Source: a bacterium (GTDB taxonomy: Bacteria; Babelota; Babeliae; Babelales; JAUWHS01). From it: a DNA stretch of 21,009 bases. The stretch covers positions 1 through 21,009 of the forward strand of contig JBDRFY010000004.1 in assembly GCA_043818275.1 (NCBI GenBank). The letters run 5' to 3'. Position numbers and translations under genes: made by a program. The notes below the pieces were generated by a model. It did no database searches. It was given only the letters and a program-made list of their open reading frames with translations, and was not told the DNA's origin. Shown here piece by piece: positions 16,233 through 21,009 of the stretch; the stretch's first letter is position 1; each line of letters begins with the position of its first letter.

Positions 16233-17655
16233 ATGGCAATAAAAAATTATAAAAAAAATCAGCAACTGGACAATCTTTTAGACATTCTTGGCCTAAGGGG
16301 CAAAGAAAGAGATGTTTTTTCTCTCTGTTTTTTTTTCAGGTCCCCTGCCTGCCTCTACCATTGCCAAAGAATTAAATATCAACAGAGCGGCTGTTTACCA
16401 GATTATAAACCAGCTTATAGAAAAAGAAGTCTTGCAGAAAGAAAATATTTCCGGAAAAAAACGCTTGTTTAATTCTGTGTCCGCAGAAGAAATAAAAGGA
16501 ATGCTTTTGCAAAAACAAAAACAGATTTCTGAAATAGAAAACCAGCTACCCTCGCTTTTGCTTGATAAAAAAATACAACAAGACAGCGATTCTTTATCAG
16601 TGGAAACTTTCAGCACTTCTTTGTCTTTAAGGCAAATGCTGTATCGCGCAATGGATAATTCAAAAGAAAAAATGTATTTAATTGCCAGCGTTGACAGCCC
16701 TTATAATATTTATGAAAAAAAAGTTTTTGATTCTTTTTTGAAAGAGTTGTCTCGAAAAAAAATAATATTGTATGTATTGGTTCCAAGAGAAGAAGATGCG
16801 AAAAAAAATAACATGTGGAATCGCGAATCAATAAAGGTTAAATTTTTAGAAAAAAGCGATTATCCGTTTTCTGACGGACTTTTGATCTCTGATAAATTTT
16901 TATTTATGTTTTCCTGGAATCCTCAAAATCCAAAAGGCCTGATGATTTCAGACAAAACAATCAGGCAGACATATTTGTCTTTGTTTTTACTGCTTTGGGA
17001 AAAAACTATTTATTCTGAGCAAAAGACAGATAATAAAAAAGTTTTTCCAAGCAATATGCAATTAGTTCCGGGCGGTTATTTTTATTCTGGCGAGGAATCA
17101 AATGCCAAGAAAATATTTTTAGATTCGTATTTAATAGATAAAACGCCCGTAATTAACACAGAATACCAAAAATTTGTTAAGGCAATCGGTTATCATTTTC
17201 CAGAGCATTGGAAAAATGGACAAATTCCAAGAGGCGAGGAAAACTATCCTGTTTATAATGTTTCGTGGTATGACGCAAAGGCATATGCTAATTTTGCCGG
17301 AAAAAGATTGCCCACAGAAGAAGAGTGGGAAAAGGCGGCAAGGGGAAGCGATAAAAGAATATATCCTTGGGGAAATAATTTTGATGTTAATTTTTGCAAC
17401 ATATTAAGAAAAAACAAAGGCGCTACTCCTGTTGAGAAATATCCTTTAGGTAAAAGTTATTATGGTTTATGTGATATGGCGGGCAATGTTTGGGAGTGGA
17501 CAGATACTCCAAGCAGCGAAAAAAATTATTATATTATAAAAGGCGGCTCGTGGTCAGATAATGAAAAAACCGCTCAATGTTTTTATAAAACATCAGAGTT
17601 TGCCGACAAAAAATACGATAACATCGGCTTCCGCTGCGCAAAGGATATTATTTAA
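16233..17655 (+). CDS. TrmB-family regulator (wHTH and effector domain) fused to an FGE-sulfatase/SUMF1 domain; frameshift near the 5' end
   Basis: ATG 16233 gives ...LGLRGKERDVF, which continues as SGPLPASTIAKELNINRAAVY in another frame. C-terminus has PVYNVSWYDA, RLPTEEEWEKAARG, YPWG, DMAGNVWEW, KGGSW, IGFRC. Confidence 0.82.
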
Positions 17656-17670
17656 GTATCTTTCAAACAA

Positions 17671-17704
17671 AAAAAACGCGAATAAATACTCTTCGCGATT
17701 TTTT
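17671..17704 (+). terminator. Terminator
   Basis: Stem CGCGAA...TTCGCG followed by A and a T run. Confidence 0.6.
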
Positions 17705-17713
17705 AATTTAGTC

Positions 17714-17848
17714 CCTCGGCAATAGTTGTTTTCATTTTTTTTATTTTATCACAAGAAATGCAAACAAAAAAGACGGGTTAACTCGCCCTTCCTTTTTTAT
17801 CGCCTCCAAATAATATTTTTAATGAAAAATGGTGAAAAATGGTGGCTG
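17714..17848. repeat. Copy 3 of the intergenic element
   Basis: Matches 8306-8438. Confidence 0.9.
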
Positions 17849-17876
17849 TCCCCATTTTCCATTTTTTCATTTTTTT
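17824..17876. repeat. REP-like hairpin with partial copies
   Basis: AAAAATGGTGGCTGTCCCCATTTT at 17835-17858, followed by CCATTTTTT and CATTTTTTT. Confidence 0.88.
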
Positions 17877-17911
17877 ACTTTTTCTCATATTTTTAAATTA
17901 TAAATAATTTT

Positions 17912-17944
17912 AAAAGAAAAGGGGACTACAAGGAACAGCCCCCA
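17912..17944 (-). terminator. cysS terminator
   Basis: On the minus strand, stem GGGGCTG...TAGTCCCC followed by TTTTCTTTT. Confidence 0.65.
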
Positions 17945-17951
17945 TAATTTA

Positions 17952-19343
17952 CTAAACGACCATCTTTTGGACGCGTGAACCGCTCTTGGTGTCTTGGATT
18001 TTGTATCCCTTCGACTCCAATTCGACCCTAACTTTGTCGGCCTCGCCCCATTTCCCCTCCTTTCGAAGGGTTTCCCTGCTTGCGACGAGAACCATGACTT
18101 CGTCAGGAATCTTGTCTTCCTTGACCTTCATAAAGTCTAATCCTAACACCTTATCAAATTCGGCGAATGTGGCCCTTTTCATCGCAGACGGAAGTGTCAT
18201 GCCGACAACTTTCCAAAGAAAAGCAACAGCTTGCGGCGTATTCAGGTCGTCATTTAAATACCCCCGAAATTCGCCAAGCAATTCTTCGTCTGGTTTGGCA
18301 TTAGTATCTTCCCATTCAGCAATCCTCTCTCTCAAGGAAGACAACGCTTTCTGGGACCCACCAAGACCGTTCCAAGTGAAGTTGAGACCGGCGCTGTATT
18401 TAGCAGTCAGCAACAGATACCTAAAAGCAAGTGGATCGTATCCTTTGTCCACAATATCTTGGAGTGTATAGAAATTCCCCAGGCTTTTAGACATCTTTCC
18501 GCCGTCAACGGTTAGAAAAGCAACATGCATCCAATACCTTGCGAATTGCTTCCCAGTTGCTGTTTCAGATTGAGCGATTTCATTGGTGTGGTGCACCGGA
18601 ATGTGATCAATCCCGCCGGTGTGCACATCAATTGTTTCTCCGAGATACTTCATCGCCATCGCGCTGCACTCAATGTGCCAGCCGGGGAAACCTACGCCCC
18701 AAGGACTGCTCCACTCCATCTGGCGTTTTTGATCCTTGGGAGAAAACTTCCAAAGGGCGAAATCTGTTGGATTCCGCTTTTCAGGATTTTCCTCGACACG
18801 TGCGCCGGACATTATGCCGTTGATGTCCAGCCTTGCCAAATGTCCATACTCGGCAAGCTTAGATGTGTCGAAATAAACCCCATCAGAAATTTTGTATGTA
18901 TAGCCCAGTTTTTCTAAACATTCAATCAGTGCAATCTGCTCTGGGATATGCTCGGTTGCCCTGCTCCAAACGGTTGGGGACTTAATATTAAGACTAATGA
19001 GGTTTTGCTTGAAGAGATCGGCAAAAAATTCCACAATATCCCAAGCCGAACGGTGTTGTTCCCTTGCACGAGCTTCGATTTTATCCTCACCCTCATCAGC
19101 ATCAGACCTGAGATGCCCGACATCGGTAATGTTTATTACGTGCGTCACTTCATAGCCGTTAAACTCAAACATCCGCCTGAGAATATCGGCGAAGACATAT
19201 GCCCGCAAGTTCCCGATGTGCGGGTAATCATAGACCGTTGGCCCGCAAGTATAAATCTTAACCTTGCCGGCCTCCAATGGCACGAACACCCTCTTCTTTC
19301 TTTCGTAGGTGTCGTAAATCTGAACTTCGTTTGATGTTTTCAT
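17952..19343 (-). CDS. cysS: Cysteine--tRNA ligase
   Basis: [39 protein letters not shown]. Confidence 0.98.
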   Translation of the reverse strand: MKTSNEVQIYDTYERKKRVFVPLEAGKVKIYTCGPTVYDYPHIGNLRAYVFADILRRMFEFNGYEVTHVINITDVGHLRSDADEGEDKIEARAREQHRSAWDIVEFFADLFKQNLISLNIKSPTVWSRATEHIPEQIALIECLEKLGYTYKISDGVYFDTSKLAEYGHLARLDINGIMSGARVEENPEKRNPTDFALWKFSPKDQKRQMEWSSPWGVGFPGWHIECSAMAMKYLGETIDVHTGGIDHIPVHHTNEIAQSETATGKQFARYWMHVAFLTVDGGKMSKSLGNFYTLQDIVDKGYDPLAFRYLLLTAKYSAGLNFTWNGLGGSQKALSSLRERIAEWEDTNAKPDEELLGEFRGYLNDDLNTPQAVAFLWKVVGMTLPSAMKRATFAEFDKVLGLDFMKVKEDKIPDEVMVLVASRETLRKEGKWGEADKVRVELESKGYKIQDTKSGSRVQKMVV

Positions 19344-19380
19344 TTTTATATCCTCTATTTTAACTCTCTGTGGTGAGATT

Positions 19381-19453
19381 GTAAAATGATAAAATGGGTA
19401 AAATGTAAAATGTAAAATGTAAAATGTATAAAATGGGGACAGCCACCATTTTT
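19381..19453. repeat. TAAAATG stutter array plus REP-like hairpin
   Basis: Six TAAAATG units, then AAAATGGGGACAGCCACCATTTTT from 19430. Confidence 0.88.
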
Positions 19454-19803
19454 ATACCTGCCCACTCTTCTTGTTGTTTGTTCAATGTGTGAAAATGTGA
19501 AAATGGGGTCACTATTTTTTGACCCTATTTTTTATTTTTTTTTGCCAGTGTTAAAAAATAATCATCTGTTTGACTTATAAACGATTTATCGCCATCTTTT
19601 TTGGGGTATAAAACTAAATGTCAATGATTTGGCATAATACAATATGCCAATAATCTCATGTCAAGCCCCTTCACAGCGTCCGTTAAAATACATTCAAAAA
19701 TTTGATAATCTTTATCATTGTCAAAAATTTGAACACGAACATTGGCTCTGTTTAATATGTGATACACTTTTCCTCCTATATCGGTGCGTGATGTGCGTGG
19801 CAT
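19440..19803 (-). pseudogene. Decayed REP-associated tyrosine transposase (RAYT; Y1/HUH)
   Basis: MPRTSR..VYHILNRAN..IF..D..LLAYCIMPNH*HLVL with TGA inside the HUH motif; then KSFISQTDDYFLTL; a C-terminal-like fragment IEQTTRRVGRYKNGG runs into the hairpin. Confidence 0.85.
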
Positions 19804-19838
19804 AATTTATTATATCTATTTATATCATAAATTTACAT

Positions 19839-19867
19839 AAATGGTGGCTGACCCCATTTTCCATTTT
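19839..19867. repeat. REP-like hairpin upstream of the RAYT remnant
   Basis: AAATGGTGGCTGACCCCATTTT followed by CCATTTT; inverted relative to the 19430 copy. Confidence 0.85.
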
Positions 19868-19937
19868 CACGTAGGCTCAAAGATGCTACAATCAATGTAT
19901 AAGAGCATCATTGTCGCGTCACAATTATGCGGACGAA

Positions 19938-20915
19938 TTACAAATCGCCCGCTTTTTTTATTATTTCTGCAATAGCCTTAATAAACTTCTTATCAAGTTT
20001 TTTATCATTTGCATAGTAATATGTAGCCAACGGATAAATAAGCCAACCAACATAGGCTGATAATTTTTGTTTGTCAGCTTCTTTGTTATTTATAAAATTT
20101 TCGTAAGCCTTAAATCCATCTGCTAAATTATTAAATAAAAACCTTTTAAACGGGTTGCTGGCTTTTGAATATTTTTGAGCAGGAAAACCTGATGGAGAAA
20201 TGCTGTCTATTAATATTTCCTTTACTAAGGGTAAGTTATCTCCTGAGAGTTTCTTTGCTGTTAAATAGTTTGCACTATTTTCAAACCAGATATGAAATAA
20301 TTCGTGCAATAAAATACAAACTGCTAATTCAATTTGCTCTTCGGTTAAATTAAGCACGGGAACTTCTAATGTTATATCTCTATCTCCTAAATTAGCGTTT
20401 CCCGAGGCACTCCACATCAGAGATGGCGACATTAATAAGTGCACATTTATAACAGAACTTGCTTTTGTGGCATTGAAAAATCTTTGTGCAAAATTAAATA
20501 ATTTTAGGAATTTCTCGCTTGATAATTCTTTTTCTAGTGCAAACTTCCAATTCTCAAGTAATTTTTCATTATAAATTTTATTAAAGCGACCCTTAAACAC
20601 GCTAAAGCTATCGCTTATTATTTTATATTCTTCCGGTAATAAATACTTTTTAAGACTATCAAATTTTTCTTTATCATCCGGGCAATAAAAATGTTTCCCC
20701 AAATAAATAGATTTATTAACTTTAACGTCAAATCCGTATCTTTCAAAAATAGGTTTGATATTCTTTATGGCTTTCTTCTCTTCCTGATTCAACTGTCCGG
20801 TAGCTGACACCCAATCAATATTAAAATTTTTCCTGCAGGAAAAATGGAACTCCGTTAAATTAGAAACGAAAAAATATAAATTATCGAGTCTTGATGTTTT
20901 AAAAATGAATTTCAT
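19938..20915 (-). CDS. Hypothetical protein with a HExxH zinc-metallopeptidase-like motif
   Basis: ILLHELFH; likely start is ATG 20915 (MKFIFK), because the track's extension reads through the repeat. Confidence 0.65.
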   Translation of the reverse strand: MKFIFKTSRLDNLYFFVSNLTEFHFSCRKNFNIDWVSATGQLNQEEKKAIKNIKPIFERYGFDVKVNKSIYLGKHFYCPDDKEKFDSLKKYLLPEEYKIISDSFSVFKGRFNKIYNEKLLENWKFALEKELSSEKFLKLFNFAQRFFNATKASSVINVHLLMSPSLMWSASGNANLGDRDITLEVPVLNLTEEQIELAVCILLHELFHIWFENSANYLTAKKLSGDNLPLVKEILIDSISPSGFPAQKYSKASNPFKRFLFNNLADGFKAYENFINNKEADKQKLSAYVGWLIYPLATYYYANDKKLDKKFIKAIAEIIKKAGDL

Positions 20916-20964
20916 AGTTTTATAATAATACGACCCTGACACTTTATTCAAGTGGGGAAAATGG

Positions 20965-21009
20965 AAAATGGGGACAGCCACCATTTTTATACCTGCCCAC
21001 TCTTCTTGT
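20965..21009. repeat. REP-like hairpin plus RAYT 3'-end fragment; 45-bp exact direct repeat of 19430-19474
   Basis: AAAATGGGGACAGCCACCATTTTTATACCTGCCCACTCTTCTTGT is identical at both sites. Confidence 0.92.

Noticed and set aside
17500..17710. Diversity-generating retroelement targeting the FGE domain
   Set aside because: No template repeat or reverse transcriptase in the window; the downstream hairpin looks like an ordinary terminator. A remote DGR is not excluded.
17986..19334. Several plus-strand and alternative-frame ORFs within cysS
   Set aside because: Antisense or out-of-frame shadows of a conserved gene, with no recognisable motifs.
19344..19430. T-box leader for cysS
   Set aside because: The leader is short, occupied by the stutter array, and has no T-box consensus.
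19621..19623. TGA recoding (genetic code 4 or 25) in the RAYT
   Set aside because: TGA ends other genes here (1748, 11821 with ATGA coupling, 14044), Trp is encoded by TGG, and the gene has other lesions.
4905..20353. Other short overlapping ORFs (4905, 5179, 5726, 6235, 7960, 9555, 9701, 10619, 16395, 16610, 17174, 20165)
   Set aside because: They overlap better-supported genes and lack an RBS or motifs.
20916..20984. N-terminal extension MVAVPIF of the last ORF, and ORF 13942..14127
   Set aside because: Both are translations of the REP-like repeat.
8414..21009. CRISPR array
   Set aside because: Repeats are kb apart or abut each other without unique, regular-length spacers, and no cas genes are present.

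Overview
AT-rich bacterial accessory region. Gene style suggests Patescibacteria/Parcubacteria, which is an inference. From left to right: (1) a 7TM sensor histidine kinase running off the left edge, which the ORF track missed, followed by an acyl-ACP-reductase-like oxidoreductase and three kinase-less 7TM receptor paralogues sharing a conserved C-terminal tail; (2) a secreted protein plus small membrane protein pair, present twice in the window; (3) two GreA-family and two NUDIX paralogues; (4) a nucleotide-handling block made of an NDK-like gene, a tight 4-gene operon (unknown, DUF2156, degenerate adenylate kinase fused to GTP cyclohydrolase II, YjjX-like ITP/XTPase) and a frameshifted CYTH gene; (5) a frameshifted TrmB-HTH/FGE-sulfatase fusion; (6) cysS; (7) a decayed RAYT (HUH/Y1) transposase and a HExxH protein. 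The most striking non-coding signal is a ~23-bp bulged hairpin (AAAATGGTGGCTGTCCCCATTTT or its reverse complement) at six sites. It flanks the RAYT remnant, divides the region into gene blocks, and sits within nested 'stutter' arrays of partial copies of itself. Three sites are preceded by the same 130-200 bp segment. All family calls come from recognising motifs by eye; no searches were run.
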